Assembly: GCA_963719075.1 (NCBI GenBank) | Contig: CAVRAN010000005.1 | Location: forward strand, 55,310-119,309 | Reading direction: 5' to 3' | From: an uncultured Verrucomicrobiae bacterium | GTDB lineage: Bacteria; Verrucomicrobiota; Verrucomicrobiia; Limisphaerales; UBA11358 | DNA length: 64,000 nt | In this document: positions 54,904 to 64,000 of the stretch, piece by piece | How the letters are laid out: each line of letters begins with the position of its first letter | How positions within the stretch are numbered: the first letter of the stretch is position 1 | Notes under the pieces: generated by a model | What the model saw: only the letters and a program-made list of their open reading frames with translations | Told to the model about the DNA's origin: nothing | The model's database searches: none | Program-made: the position numbers and the translations under genes

Positions 54904-57746
54904 TCAGCAGCATTGAGGAATGCGGCAAGCTGAGGCAAAATCTTATCCGGGCTATGCACGAGGGTGTGATAGTTGATGCTCAAAGCGTGTGCGCCTAGTG
55001 TGGCGCACCAGCTTTTGGCATGGCGCTCTTGTTGCTGATAAGCTTTGCCGATGTCGGGCGTTGTTTCGCCGCTGGCCGTAGCTTTCCCGAGCAGCTGCAA
55101 CATAGTGCCCTGGCTCTGGAGGATTTCCTCCATATCGCGTTCCATGAAAATAATCCGGTAATGAAGTGGCTCGGGTTCAGTGTCCTTTTTACGGAGCTTG
55201 GGTGGCAGGGCGGCGAGGAGGGGGGCCACAATTTTGATGGCGGTGCCACGGGCTTCTTTTAGCCAAGACCGATCCGGGTTGGAGAGCAGGGAGGCGACTC
55301 GTTCGTGCTCATAATAACCTTTGCGGTTCGACTCGTCAGCCTTGCGTTTGTGGTCGGTAAAGGGCGGGATGCCAGCCGCTTCAAGGATCTGCATCATGAG
55401 TGAGGTGCCGGAGCGGGGTAGACCGGAGACGACGGTAATGATGCGGTTTACTGGAACGTTGGCCAGAATTTCGGGATGGGGTTGAAGTTCCGGCATCGGG
55501 CGGACCTCCCGGCCATGAGCTGGAGTGGTGGCAGCGGCGCGGGCTTCGGCAGTTTTTTGCTGGCGGAGTTGTATGAGCCTGCGGCGGGTGTCATGCACTT
55601 TGAATTGGTAGAGGGCAGACTCGGCCACGTCTTTTTTGTGCCAACGCGCAATCTCTCCCAGCAGACGGAAGGCGGCGGAGGACAGCGGTGCTTGCCAGAC
55701 ACAAATCAGGCACGCGTGCTCAGCCTCCTCCCAGTGGCCGAGGCGATACTGCGCGAGTCCGTGGATGTAGTGGGCTCGGGGCTGAAAGAAGAGCAGGCCA
55801 ATAGATTCCCTTGAATACCGGATGGCGGCTTCAAAATCTTTTGTCGCCAAAGCGGTGCGAGCCAGACCGAGCAATGGGCCTGGACTTTCCGGGTCAATCT
55901 TCAACGCTTCCTCGAAAGCTGTTTTCGAATCCGCCCAGCGTTTGAGACGCTGGCAGATTTCACCGCGCAACACCAGCGCGTTGCGGCGGGCGCCGAAGTC
56001 GCTGTCGAGTTGTTCGAGCTTGGCCAGGGCGTCCGCATATTGTTTCTCAGCAAAGTCGGCGCAGGCTTCGAGATAGCGGAGGGAGAAGAGGTTAGGCCGG
56101 GCCTTGCCAATCAGCTCCCGCCGTTCCCGGCCAAATTTCTGTTTCTCCGGCTCGGTCATTTTCTCCACCCGTTCCTGCTCCGCATTCTGCACTTCCTGGT
56201 CGTCGAGCTTGAGGGCTTTCAATGTCTCGCCAGCCGTGTTCGCTTCTTCGATTCTGCGCCCGATCAAGGTCGTGACGAGCAGGCGCAGGTCCGAGGCGCG
56301 GCCAAGGGCCTGGTAACAGATGGCCAGCTTAAAGCCGAACCGGTGTTCCATCGGCCAGGTCGCGTAAAGGCGCTCCAGAATGTCAACGGCTTGGTTGTAA
56401 ACGCCGCCATCCATGCAAGCCTGGGCGAGGTTGTAGTCCAGCTCGCGCACCGTTTCCTCCAATGCCTTCGCCTTGTCAGTATTGGGTTCGGCGATGTAAC
56501 CCAGGGCCACGAGCTGCTGAAGGGCGGCTTTCGAGTCGGCGGGTGAGATTTGCTTGTCGGGCGGGTGCATGCCGTGGACGCCCTCCACCGCATCCCAGCT
56601 CGGGATGCGCTGGATGTCTGCCGGGTTGCCCTCATAGATGTCGAGCAACACTTTGCCGTCCATGTCCTCGCCCACCGGCAGCCCGAAGAGATGGAGCAGC
56701 GTCGGGCAAACATCCAGCAGGTTGGCTCCGTAAATGCGCTCGTCTTTCCGGAGGCCCTGTCCTTTCGCCACAAAGATGCCGAACTGGCGGTGTTCGACAG
56801 CCGGACCGGTCGGCTCTCTTGGAATGTTGGAAGGACGCAGGTAGTCGGGATGAAAGCCGTGGTCGGACATGAGGATGACAGTAGTTTCCTCTCCCGCTAG
56901 CCTGAGCAGCGCTCCGAGCATCATGTCGTGATAGCGGTAGCCGCCTTCGAGACAGTAGTTGAAGACCCGAAAATCCCAGTCATCAATTTGTTTCTGCTGG
57001 GGCGGATGATAGCGCATGAAGGCGTGGCCGAAGTGGTCAATGGCATCGTAGTAAACCGCCATAAAATCCCACGGCTCTTTCTGAATCAGATCGGTGGCGG
57101 CGGAGTGGATTGAGGTGCAGTCCGCAATGATCTTGAGCAGCGACTGCATGCGGGGGTCTTTCTGTGCTTTATCGAGGTCCTCCCGGCTCAGACCTTTGAG
57201 ACCGGGCAGGAAAGGGCGCAACTCCACCTCAGTCAGTTCTGCGGGATGGAAACGGAGTTCGGCGAGGGATTTCTCCAACCTGGCTGGATGGATGGTGCCG
57301 GGCTTGAGCGGCCACTGTTGCGGGTTGATGTCATGAGCGGTCTGGTAATCATTGGAGACCATCACGCCTTTGGAAAGTTCTTCAACAGGATTGGAAGGCC
57401 ACCAACCAATGGTGATCGTGTTCAGGCCGCTTTGATTGAGGATGTTCCAGATCGCCTTGGTTTTGCGGGAAAGGTTGGTCACGGGCCTGATACCGCCGCT
57501 GACCGGGTCCGGCTCGGAAAATCCGTGGATGCCATGTTTGTAAGGACGCTTCCCAGTGGCGATGGAAGTCCAGAGCATGGGGCTGAGGGCGGGCTGGAGC
57601 GTGGCCAGGTTGCCGCAGATGCCTTGTTTAATGAGCCTAGCCAGATTCGGCATTTTGCCCGCATCCACCAGCGGCATGATGACCTTCCAATCCGCGGCGT
57701 CCCAGCCAATCAACAAGACTCTGCGGGGTGTAGGTTTGGGCGGCAT
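54816..57746 (-). CDS. three-module protein: AlkP-superfamily phosphodiesterase/nucleotide pyrophosphatase, TPR repeats, sulfotransferase
   Basis: Start [20 protein letters not shown] (ORF open to 57794). The N-terminus has type-I phosphodiesterase motifs. The middle has TPR-like helices. The C-terminus has [18 protein letters not shown] (sulfotransferase PAPS-binding loop). Confidence 0.7.
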   Translation of the reverse strand: MPPKPTPRRVLLIGWDAADWKVIMPLVDAGKMPNLARLIKQGICGNLATLQPALSPMLWTSIATGKRPYKHGIHGFSEPDPVSGGIRPVTNLSRKTKAIWNILNQSGLNTITIGWWPSNPVEELSKGVMVSNDYQTAHDINPQQWPLKPGTIHPARLEKSLAELRFHPAELTEVELRPFLPGLKGLSREDLDKAQKDPRMQSLLKIIADCTSIHSAATDLIQKEPWDFMAVYYDAIDHFGHAFMRYHPPQQKQIDDWDFRVFNYCLEGGYRYHDMMLGALLRLAGEETTVILMSDHGFHPDYLRPSNIPREPTGPAVEHRQFGIFVAKGQGLRKDERIYGANLLDVCPTLLHLFGLPVGEDMDGKVLLDIYEGNPADIQRIPSWDAVEGVHGMHPPDKQISPADSKAALQQLVALGYIAEPNTDKAKALEETVRELDYNLAQACMDGGVYNQAVDILERLYATWPMEHRFGFKLAICYQALGRASDLRLLVTTLIGRRIEEANTAGETLKALKLDDQEVQNAEQERVEKMTEPEKQKFGRERRELIGKARPNLFSLRYLEACADFAEKQYADALAKLEQLDSDFGARRNALVLRGEICQRLKRWADSKTAFEEALKIDPESPGPLLGLARTALATKDFEAAIRYSRESIGLLFFQPRAHYIHGLAQYRLGHWEEAEHACLICVWQAPLSSAAFRLLGEIARWHKKDVAESALYQFKVHDTRRRLIQLRQQKTAEARAAATTPAHGREVRPMPELQPHPEILANVPVNRIITVVSGLPRSGTSLMMQILEAAGIPPFTDHKRKADESNRKGYYEHERVASLLSNPDRSWLKEARGTAIKIVAPLLAALPPKLRKKDTEPEPLHYRIIFMERDMEEILQSQGTMLQLLGKATASGETTPDIGKAYQQQERHAKSWCATLGAHALSINYHTLVHSPDKILPQLAAFLNAADKLAAMRACIDPALHHTRADMQRKSRKLC

Positions 57747-58028
57747 GTCTGAATCGTTAGAACCCAGTATGCCACAATATCCAGAAACGGGCAATCTGGA
57801 CTGGCGGTAATAACTTTGCCACCGATCCTGGGGTTGATTTTAGGGCTCCATTTACCCGGCCATCGCTTTGTGTTCCGCACGGATGTCCGCGGTTAACCCA
57901 GCTTTATGAGCAAGATGCGGAAAGTGCCCGCATTGGTGATTACGTGCAACGGTGGCTGGCGTGGACCTCCGCGGGATTATCCCAATACCAACTGACTACA
58001 CTGGTCAGAACGGCGAGGTGCGGCCATC

Positions 58029-58664
58029 CTACGCGGCCAACCGACGCCGACGAAGGGCCAGGACTCCACCAGCGCCGAGGGCTAACAGGGCCAGTGTGGA
58101 TGGTTCCGGGACTGGGTCGTAGGTGTAACTATCAAGTTGAATATAACTTCCGTAATCTCTGAATTCCCCGAATAATGCGTATTCATAGATTCCCACAGAT
58201 ACTTCGAGCTGTCCGGGAGTTGTGGTGCCGTTGTTGATCGCTGGGTCGGAGAAAGTTATTGGGATGGATGAAGTGTTTTCTACAGGACCCCGGGCCGATA
58301 TATCGATGCCAGGTCCAATTTGTGCTAGATAGACATTGGAGTTGCCAAAACGAGTGTGTTGAGCACGCAGTATATATCCATTTATTAAACAATGGACACC
58401 CTCATCTGTGAAATTATTATTTATGACTTGATCATCGGATCCTACGTTTGAGATGGTGATATCAGGGGTGTTATCGCCTGTCAGGTCGGCATTCAAATGA
58501 TTTCCCGATCCTAAAATGAAGTAATTATTCGATAGTGGCACGATGATGCCCTGGGCGTGAGCGGCCGGGACGGATGCCAAGGATACGGCGGCCGCGCCCG
58601 CCCACCACTGCCAGCGAGGATCTGCGGATGATTTTTTTGTTGACCGTGGCAATGGATTTGCCAT
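58029..58664 (-). CDS. PEP-CTERM sorting domain protein
   Basis: 211 aa with a signal peptide. The C-terminus is VPEPSTLALLALGAGGVLALRRRRLAA. Confidence 0.85.
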   Translation of the reverse strand: MANPLPRSTKKSSADPRWQWWAGAAAVSLASVPAAHAQGIIVPLSNNYFILGSGNHLNADLTGDNTPDITISNVGSDDQVINNNFTDEGVHCLINGYILRAQHTRFGNSNVYLAQIGPGIDISARGPVENTSSIPITFSDPAINNGTTTPGQLEVSVGIYEYALFGEFRDYGSYIQLDSYTYDPVPEPSTLALLALGAGGVLALRRRRLAA

Positions 58665-58774
58665 GTTCTTTTTGTTACCTTAGTGTTCGGGCGTGACGCC
58701 TGTGTTAATAAGCTCGATAACGTACTCAAGGCCTGTTCATACTTTACTTGCTCCACCGGCCTAGCCTGACGAGC

Positions 58775-59272
58775 CTACCGAGTGTCCCGACTTATGTCAA
58801 CGACATTTTTGCTAATCTGAGCGTAGGCTGGCTGGCCAGCTAATGCTGTTTTGATCGTTACGCCAGTCAATCGTTCAAAGAGGTTCAACCGTTCGTGAAC
58901 CTTCTCGTAACCTTCGAGCAAGAGTTTCATCACAGGCCACTGGATGTTCACTCGAAGACATCTGCTTTTCAAAAGATTAAGGAGGTGTTGTTCGAGGAGC
59001 GCACAGAAAAGCAGAACGCACAATTCGTTGGAGCGATCGCTTTGGTAACATTCAAAAATCATTTCAAGAAGCCGATGCTCGCTTGAGAAAAGAATTCTCC
59101 GGCACTCAACTATTTGTCCACACTTCTGGCATGGATGGTTTGCCTTGGTTTCCATTTTGGAATCAACGTGCCCGCATTCCGGGTACATCGTGCGTGACAT
59201 GCAGGCTATGGCCAGCGAATGCACAGTCCCATCAGCTTCTCGTTCATCTAGGATTTCAACTGCAGTGCTCAT
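58775..59272 (-). CDS. hypothetical protein with zinc-ribbon-like CxxC pairs
   Basis: 165 aa with PECGH...CQKCGQIVEC. No family recognised. The GC content looks lower than the surroundings. Confidence 0.4.
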   Translation of the reverse strand: MSTAVEILDEREADGTVHSLAIACMSRTMYPECGHVDSKMETKANHPCQKCGQIVECRRILFSSEHRLLEMIFECYQSDRSNELCVLLFCALLEQHLLNLLKSRCLRVNIQWPVMKLLLEGYEKVHERLNLFERLTGVTIKTALAGQPAYAQISKNVVDISRDTR

Positions 59273-59348
59273 AACTCATAAAGATTGCCACTTTTAGGAT
59301 AGATTCGCAGAATCCGCCTATTTCCGAAGCGAGTCGAGATTTTTTGGT

Positions 59349-59380
59349 AAAAAAAGCGGCCTCCGTTTCCGAAGGCCGCT
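59349..59380 (-). terminator. rho-independent terminator
   Basis: The minus strand reads AGCGGCCT-loop-AGGCCGCT followed by TTTTTTT. It is downstream of CDS 59469..60140. Confidence 0.7.
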
Positions 59381-59393
59381 GTGTCTTAATTTT

Positions 59394-59462
59394 GGTGGGG
59401 CGAGCGTCCCCGCGAGCCGGTTTATGGATGACAGTCCGGCTCGTCAGTAGCCTCGCCCCACC
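59394..59462. repeat. nested palindromic REP-like element
   Basis: Outer 11-bp arms are GGTGGGGCGAG and CTCGCCCCACC. Inner arms are CGAGCCGG and CCGGCTCG. Confidence 0.65.
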
Positions 59463-59468
59463 TTGTTT

Positions 59469-60140
59469 TCAGCCCATCACGCTGATGCTGGCGATGTCAC
59501 TCCACTGGCCGACTTGTTCATCGGCGACGCGGTAGATGGCCTTGTATCTCCAGACGGCGCTCGCGCCGGGCGCGGGCAGCGGCGCGGTGTCCAGATAATC
59601 CGGCACGGTGGCGAAAGCCAGAAACGCGAACGTGCCCGTGCCGCGATCCACCAGCAGTTCCACCCCGTCCGTCCCCTGCTTGGTCCAGCCGACGTTCGGA
59701 TGCCCGGCTTGCAGGGTGATTTCCAGCACCGGCTTGAGGCTGTTGTAATCAATCACCTGTTCCGCCCCGATGATGCCCAAATCCTGACCGATGGCCTCGG
59801 TGTAGGCGGGATGTTTCTTGATGCGCGCGGCCAGCGCCGAGGCGCGGGTAAAAATACCCGGCGGCACGGCGGGCGGCGGCGGGCCAAGCGCGGGCGTGGT
59901 GGGCATATCGCCCAGAGCGGTACCCTTGCTCAGGGCGGCTTTGTAGGCTGTCCAATCGCGGGTGGTTTTGGTGTGTTGATTGTGCGCATCGCACACGTAG
60001 CCGAAATAGAGGTCGTCTGCCTCCGTTTGCGCGATTTCGCCCGCCGTGACGCCGACGGTCGGGCCGTCGGTCGGCAATTTGGCGGAGAAATTTGTGAGCC
60101 AAGTGCGTCTGCCCGGCTCATCTTTGGGCATGAATGATAT
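59469..60140 (-). CDS. hypothetical protein (family shared with 29871..30530), C-terminal FN3-like domain
   Basis: Start MAKISFMPKDEPGRRTWLTNFSAKL. The C-terminus is WRYKAIYRVADEQVGQWSDIASISVMG. The in-frame upstream extension to 60566 is the repeat array and is judged non-coding. Confidence 0.6.
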   Translation of the reverse strand: MSFMPKDEPGRRTWLTNFSAKLPTDGPTVGVTAGEIAQTEADDLYFGYVCDAHNQHTKTTRDWTAYKAALSKGTALGDMPTTPALGPPPPAVPPGIFTRASALAARIKKHPAYTEAIGQDLGIIGAEQVIDYNSLKPVLEITLQAGHPNVGWTKQGTDGVELLVDRGTGTFAFLAFATVPDYLDTAPLPAPGASAVWRYKAIYRVADEQVGQWSDIASISVMG

Positions 60141-60183
60141 TTTTGCCATAGGTTTTATGTGTTTTTGCTGGGTTTTTACTGTT

Positions 60184-60478
60184 TTGGTGGTTTCCCGGAC
60201 GGTTCGGAGCTTTCCCGGAACGTCGAGGAAGTTTCCCCGACCATCGGGGAAAGGTGCCCGAAGGCCGGGGAAAGCTCCCCGACCTTTGCGGAAAGGTGAA
60301 AAATGGTTGAGGAAAGGTGCCGGACGGTTCCGCACTGCTCCCGAAGCGTTGGGGAAAGGTGACGGATGGTTCGGGACTGTTCCCGGAAGTTTGCGGAGTA
60401 CTGCCGGAAGCCTGAGGAAAGGTGAAAAAAGATTGGGAAAAACTGCCGCGCCAGCGGGGAGTTTGCCTGAGAGAAAAT
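60184..60478. repeat. 21-bp-period degenerate tandem array (about 14 units, cores TTTCCCGGA / GGAAAGGTG)
   Basis: The exact 9-mer GGAAAGGTG occurs at 60248, 60290, 60311, 60353 and 60416, all separated by multiples of 21. CCCGGA-type cores recur every 20-22 bp from 60191 to 60466. Confidence 0.85.
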
Positions 60479-60621
60479 GCCGTCGTCCGCAGTCATCCCT
60501 CAAACGACCGCGACCCGAACCCAAATTGTTTGCAATCCACGCCATATCCGTCCCCTGACCCGGCAAACTACGGAATTAAATTCCCGAACTGTCAAAACCC
60601 GGTGAAACCGAACTGTGAATT

Positions 60622-60650
60622 TTTTTACCGAAAAACCAAAAATCTGTCAA
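60622..60650 (-). promoter_or_regulatory. candidate sigma70-type promoter
   Basis: The minus strand reads TTGACA (60650..60645), a 17-nt spacer, then TAAAAA (60627..60622). It would give a ~470-nt leader containing the whole 21-bp array. Confidence 0.4.
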
Positions 60651-60744
60651 CAGGAAATTTATTTCAAAAGATGCAACCCAATGGCAGGGATGGCTCGCCG
60701 GGAAAAAAAGATTTGGTTTCCCGCAGCCGTTCAATGGCACGGTT

Positions 60745-62184
60745 TCAGGGATAAACAAGCTGATAGAACTGGTTGCTGCCACCCGAGATTATGAAAGTCT
60801 GGTTCGTTCCGTTTACCACATTGACAGTGTTGGTAGTGTCCGTCCAGTTGGCTGGATTCAAGGTGGGAGTTTGTTGCAGCCTAAAGACGTTCGAGGAAAC
60901 CGGCCAATAAAGCAGCACGGTGTTGACACCGGCCAATTGAATGCCCAGCACGGGCGCAAGCGGCGGTGGCGACGTTGCCGACGCAAGCGTTACCTGATCC
61001 ACCCAGGCGGCATCGGAATAGGGAATCCCATCAGGAATGTTCACCGGCCCTTTTGAATAAGTCCAATTGAGCGTGTAAACCCCGGCGGGCAGGTTGGTCT
61101 GCATATACTGCCACGACAACAACTCGCCCGAGAGAGACGCCACGACAACGCCGTTTATGGAAAAAGTGACGCCGTCGGGCGGTTGGGATGAAACACCCCA
61201 CCAAAATCCGAGCTGTTCCGGTTGTTCGATATAAAACGTGGTTTGCAATGACGTTTGGTCCCCGACAAAGGTAAGGGTATTGTAGTTATAATAGCTCACG
61301 ATCGGGCCGCTCTGCGCCGCACTCACCCCATCCTCGGACACTTCAGCCTGGCCGAACCACAGTTCATCGCCGCTGGTTGTCCAAACAAGGTTTGTATTGT
61401 CCAGCGCCACGCTGAGTGGAAAGCCGAAATTGGCCGTGACGGATTCGTTGGTGTTCATAAAAAGCGAGACTGTGGATTTGGTTCCTGAGACGTTCCCGCT
61501 CCAATTGACAAATTCCTGACCCGGATCGGGAACGGCGGTCAAGTTGACCAGTTGCCCCATGGTGTAATATGGCTGGTCAGGAGAAACAGTCACGGAGCCA
61601 TGCGAGGCTTGAACACTCAACCGGGGGTTGAAAGAGTTGCGGTTGGTGGGATTGGTGCCTTCCAAATACTCATCCAAGTTGTCCACCCCGTCGCCGTCAT
61701 AATCACCAAGTGCCGTCTGGTTCAGATTGCCGAAGTATTTCATCTCCCACCAATCGGGAATGCCGTTGCCATTGGCATCGGGCCAGAGGGCGGCCGGAGA
61801 ACTGGTGACCGAACCGCTCGCATTGCTGACGATGACGGAAAAGTTGCCCAGATTGGTTCCTGTCAGCGGCAGGCTGGCCACGAGGAGCGAGTCTCCGGTG
61901 GCACCGATGATCGGGATGCCATTGGAGAGCCATTGGTAGGAAAGACCGGAACCGGTCGCCACGACGGAATAGGTGGCGAAGGAGTTAGACTGGAGCAAGC
62001 TCGATTGGGGTTGGGCAAGAATCACCGGAACTGTATTTGTTAATGCAATCGCGACAAGATTGCCGCCCAAACTGTAAGAATAAGTGGCCCCGATTTGTCC
62101 GAAGCAGGACAGGTTTAAAAGCATTCCCAAGGCCAGAAGCCTGACGGAGAGCAATCCGGTTAAACGCTTATTCGTGGTATGCAT
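60745..62184 (-). CDS. secreted multi-domain protein (Ig-like, TSP3-type Ca-binding, InlB-B-repeat-like, FYRL-type C-terminal domain)
   Basis: 479 aa with a signal peptide. Motifs are YQWLSNGIPIIGATGDSL (Ig-like), DANGNGIPDWWE...DYDGDGVDNLDEY and EFVNWSGNVSG. It ends QFYQLVYP. Confidence 0.7.
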   Translation of the reverse strand: MHTTNKRLTGLLSVRLLALGMLLNLSCFGQIGATYSYSLGGNLVAIALTNTVPVILAQPQSSLLQSNSFATYSVVATGSGLSYQWLSNGIPIIGATGDSLLVASLPLTGTNLGNFSVIVSNASGSVTSSPAALWPDANGNGIPDWWEMKYFGNLNQTALGDYDGDGVDNLDEYLEGTNPTNRNSFNPRLSVQASHGSVTVSPDQPYYTMGQLVNLTAVPDPGQEFVNWSGNVSGTKSTVSLFMNTNESVTANFGFPLSVALDNTNLVWTTSGDELWFGQAEVSEDGVSAAQSGPIVSYYNYNTLTFVGDQTSLQTTFYIEQPEQLGFWWGVSSQPPDGVTFSINGVVVASLSGELLSWQYMQTNLPAGVYTLNWTYSKGPVNIPDGIPYSDAAWVDQVTLASATSPPPLAPVLGIQLAGVNTVLLYWPVSSNVFRLQQTPTLNPANWTDTTNTVNVVNGTNQTFIISGGSNQFYQLVYP

Positions 62185-62196
62185 GGGTGGTTCATT

Positions 62197-64000
62197 TCAA
62201 TGCTGTTGTTTACAATCGCAGGGTGGAACGACAAGCTCTCTAACATTATCCGCCCCGGATCCGCCAAGGGCACTTGCGAGACCGGATTGGACCAGGCCTG
62301 AGTCAAAGGCGGTCCCTAACGCCATTTGCCCAGCTGCTAATGGCGTCTGGTTGGCCGCCAAGAACTCGGCAATTTTGAGGTTCGGTGCCGGATTTTGCCG
62401 TCCAATATAGGATGTGATTTTGGCATTCTCGGCACCATTGGCCAAAAAGGTTGCTGCTTTGTCAAGTGCGCTGCCAGAACGCGATCCACTCAGCAGGCTT
62501 TTCACTGCGCCACCGTTAAAAAGAACCGGCGCAACACCGCCAATAACCGTGTCTTGCGCAAAGCTTCCCAGACTCCATTCACATTTTTGTTTGAATACAT
62601 AAATACTTGAAGCTTGTTTGGCAACGTTGCCAACAGCTCCAGCAATTGCGCCCGCCTTGAATACCGCCGCCGCTCCGGGTCCTAAATAAAGCCCCAGCTC
62701 TGCTGCCGCTGCTCCTCCGACCGCCGCTCCCACATAGTCACCCCAGTTTATCTCCTCCCATGACTTGCCTTGTACGATATCGCTGACCGCCTGAAAGGCA
62801 ACTCCCGTCAGCGCACCAAGAGCGATGGCTGCGGCATCGTCCCAGCCAAACCAAAGGCCGAGCGGATCCGATATGTTCACCGGGTCGTCGCCCATGAATT
62901 CATAAAGATTAAGGCTGACATCCTCTCCCATAGGATCCCGGCTTAACCATCGTCCATTCGCGTTGTCCATCGCCCGGAATAGCGCCAGATTGTAACCTGA
63001 AGGCGCGTGGATGTAATGGCCGCCGAAACCAAGGGTGGCTGGCACACCCTGCTCCACCACGGTTCGCAGGCCGAACGGATCATAGTCGTATCGAGTGACA
63101 AGGTTGCCGCCCGCATCGGACAACTCACGGATGCTGCCCAAATGATCCGAAGTATAATAGTAGTTGGAGATCGAGCCACCGTTGTTCACGGATTCTCCCT
63201 GTACGAAGAGCCGCCGCAACGCAGTGGCACCCGTCGCATCCCGAACTTCGCATAGCGTCGAATCGGCCCAGACAAAGTAATTATCGCTGGAAACTATGCC
63301 ATTATCCTTTTCCACAATACGGTCTCGATGACCCTGGGCGTCGTATGTAAATTCACTACGATGAGTACCTTGGTTGATGGCTGTCAGGCGTTTTTCCGCA
63401 TCCCACTCGAAGGTTTGCGCGCTGGCAGATTGGGATTGGCCAGATCCGAGTTGATTCAGGGAATTAAAAGTGGAGGCGGTTTGGACTCCATTACTGGAGA
63501 CCAGAATGCGATTGCCAGCAGCGTCATAAGCATAATCAAGTGTGGTGATGGGGGAAACGCCATCCGAGAGAATGGCATTCGTCAACTGGTTGGCGGCATC
63601 ATAGCTGTATTGCCAGACACGGGTAGGAAGGGAATCCCACTGATTGGTTTGGGCGGTGATGAGCAAGGCATTGTGGGCGTAACTGAAGGCAGACAGCAAG
63701 CCACCGCCTGGCTTCAAGTTAGTAATGCTTTTGAGAAGATTGTCGCCAAGCGTATCGTAGTACGAGTAAAGGGTGGTCTGGCCATTGGGATAAGACACGG
63801 ACGCTAATCTTGCCGAAGCATCGCTGTAGCTGTAGTGAAATACCCCCAGCGGATTGGAAGCGGACACAGGCCGATCTAGGGCGTCAAAGGTTATTTCATA
63901 GTTGACGCCGGCAATGGAACGGTTGGTGATCCTGTTTACATCGTCATACTGGTAGGCAACTAGACTGTTGGGCAACGGGCCGGAAATGGAAGCCACTTCG
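62197..64000 (-). CDS. RHS/YD-repeat protein, partial (N-terminus beyond window), with Gly/Ala-rich C-terminal toxin-like domain
   Basis: YD repeats (YSYD, YAYDAAGNR, YDYDPFG) are present. The core ends RWLSRDPMGE...NLYEFMGDDPVNISDPLGL and is followed by a 218-aa variable C-terminal domain. Confidence 0.85.
   Translation of the reverse strand, partial: EVASISGPLPNSLVAYQYDDVNRITNRSIAGVNYEITFDALDRPVSASNPLGVFHYSYSDASARLASVSYPNGQTTLYSYYDTLGDNLLKSITNLKPGGGLLSAFSYAHNALLITAQTNQWDSLPTRVWQYSYDAANQLTNAILSDGVSPITTLDYAYDAAGNRILVSSNGVQTASTFNSLNQLGSGQSQSASAQTFEWDAEKRLTAINQGTHRSEFTYDAQGHRDRIVEKDNGIVSSDNYFVWADSTLCEVRDATGATALRRLFVQGESVNNGGSISNYYYTSDHLGSIRELSDAGGNLVTRYDYDPFGLRTVVEQGVPATLGFGGHYIHAPSGYNLALFRAMDNANGRWLSRDPMGEDVSLNLYEFMGDDPVNISDPLGLWFGWDDAAAIALGALTGVAFQAVSDIVQGKSWEEINWGDYVGAAVGGAAAAELGLYLGPGAAAVFKAGAIAGAVGNVAKQASSIYVFKQKCEWSLGSFAQDTVIGGVAPVLFNGGAVKSLLSGSRSGSALDKAATFLANGAENAKITSYIGRQNPAPNLKIAEFLAANQTPLAAGQMALGTAFDSGLVQSGLASALGGSGADNVRELVVPPCDCKQQH

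Noticed and set aside
60184-60478. Interpreting the GGA-rich plus strand of the array as a CsrB/RsmZ-like CsrA sponge RNA
   Set aside because: It is kept only as one hypothesis inside the finding. No plus-strand promoter or terminator is evident. The other three 21-bp arrays are not uniformly GGA-rich on one strand. I cannot tell whether the genome encodes CsrA.
60141-60566. In-frame N-terminal extension making gene 59469..60140 a 365-aa protein
   Set aside because: The extension is exactly the 21-bp repeat array. It is open in several frames on both strands and gives a Pro/Gly/Arg low-complexity translation. The paralog at 29871 has no such extension and has its own GGAG ribosome-binding site.

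Overview
This 64-kb window is chromosomal DNA from a moderately GC-rich bacterium. I infer Verrucomicrobiota or a relative from four clues: a PEP-CTERM protein, secreted repeat proteins ending in an FYRL-type C-terminal domain, CACGAAT-type intergenic repeats, and frequent ATGA-coupled operons. No tRNA, rRNA or CRISPR array was seen.

Housekeeping genes are clear from conserved motifs: serS, glgA, parB, def, rpoN, hpf, bioF, bioA, yggS-like, lepB, lepA, pgi and mlaA.

The most interesting signal is a 21-bp promoter-proximal motif, consensus GGTAGGGTAACACCCCATAGC. It occurs nine times, and eight copies are clustered at 35.5-49.9 kb.
- Every copy is intergenic and co-oriented with the next gene.
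- Every copy lies 18-20 nt upstream of a -10-like hexamer.
- The genes it precedes are typical of general-stress regulons: CsbD, dodecin, a BON/OsmY-like protein, an lmo0937-type peptide, and an ElaB/YqjD-type DUF883 operon.
- It also precedes a histidine kinase / pseudo-kinase / NarL-type regulator cluster and two paralogous single-domain response regulators.
- Several of these transcripts would be leaderless.

Other notable items:
- Four intergenic arrays of degenerate tandem repeats have a strict 21-bp period but unrelated unit sequences. Two of them lie upstream of two distantly related hypothetical genes.
- A low-GC islet next to lepA carries a DUF6883/DUF4926 pair and an AIPR/DGQHR-like gene.
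- A partial RHS toxin carries a Gly/Ala-rich C-terminal domain.
- A decayed mobile region carries an IS66 remnant and a truncated methyltransferase-Mrr gene.
- There are several pseudogenes and a Met-rich tandem-repeat lipoprotein.

All family assignments come from motif recognition by eye. No database search was run.
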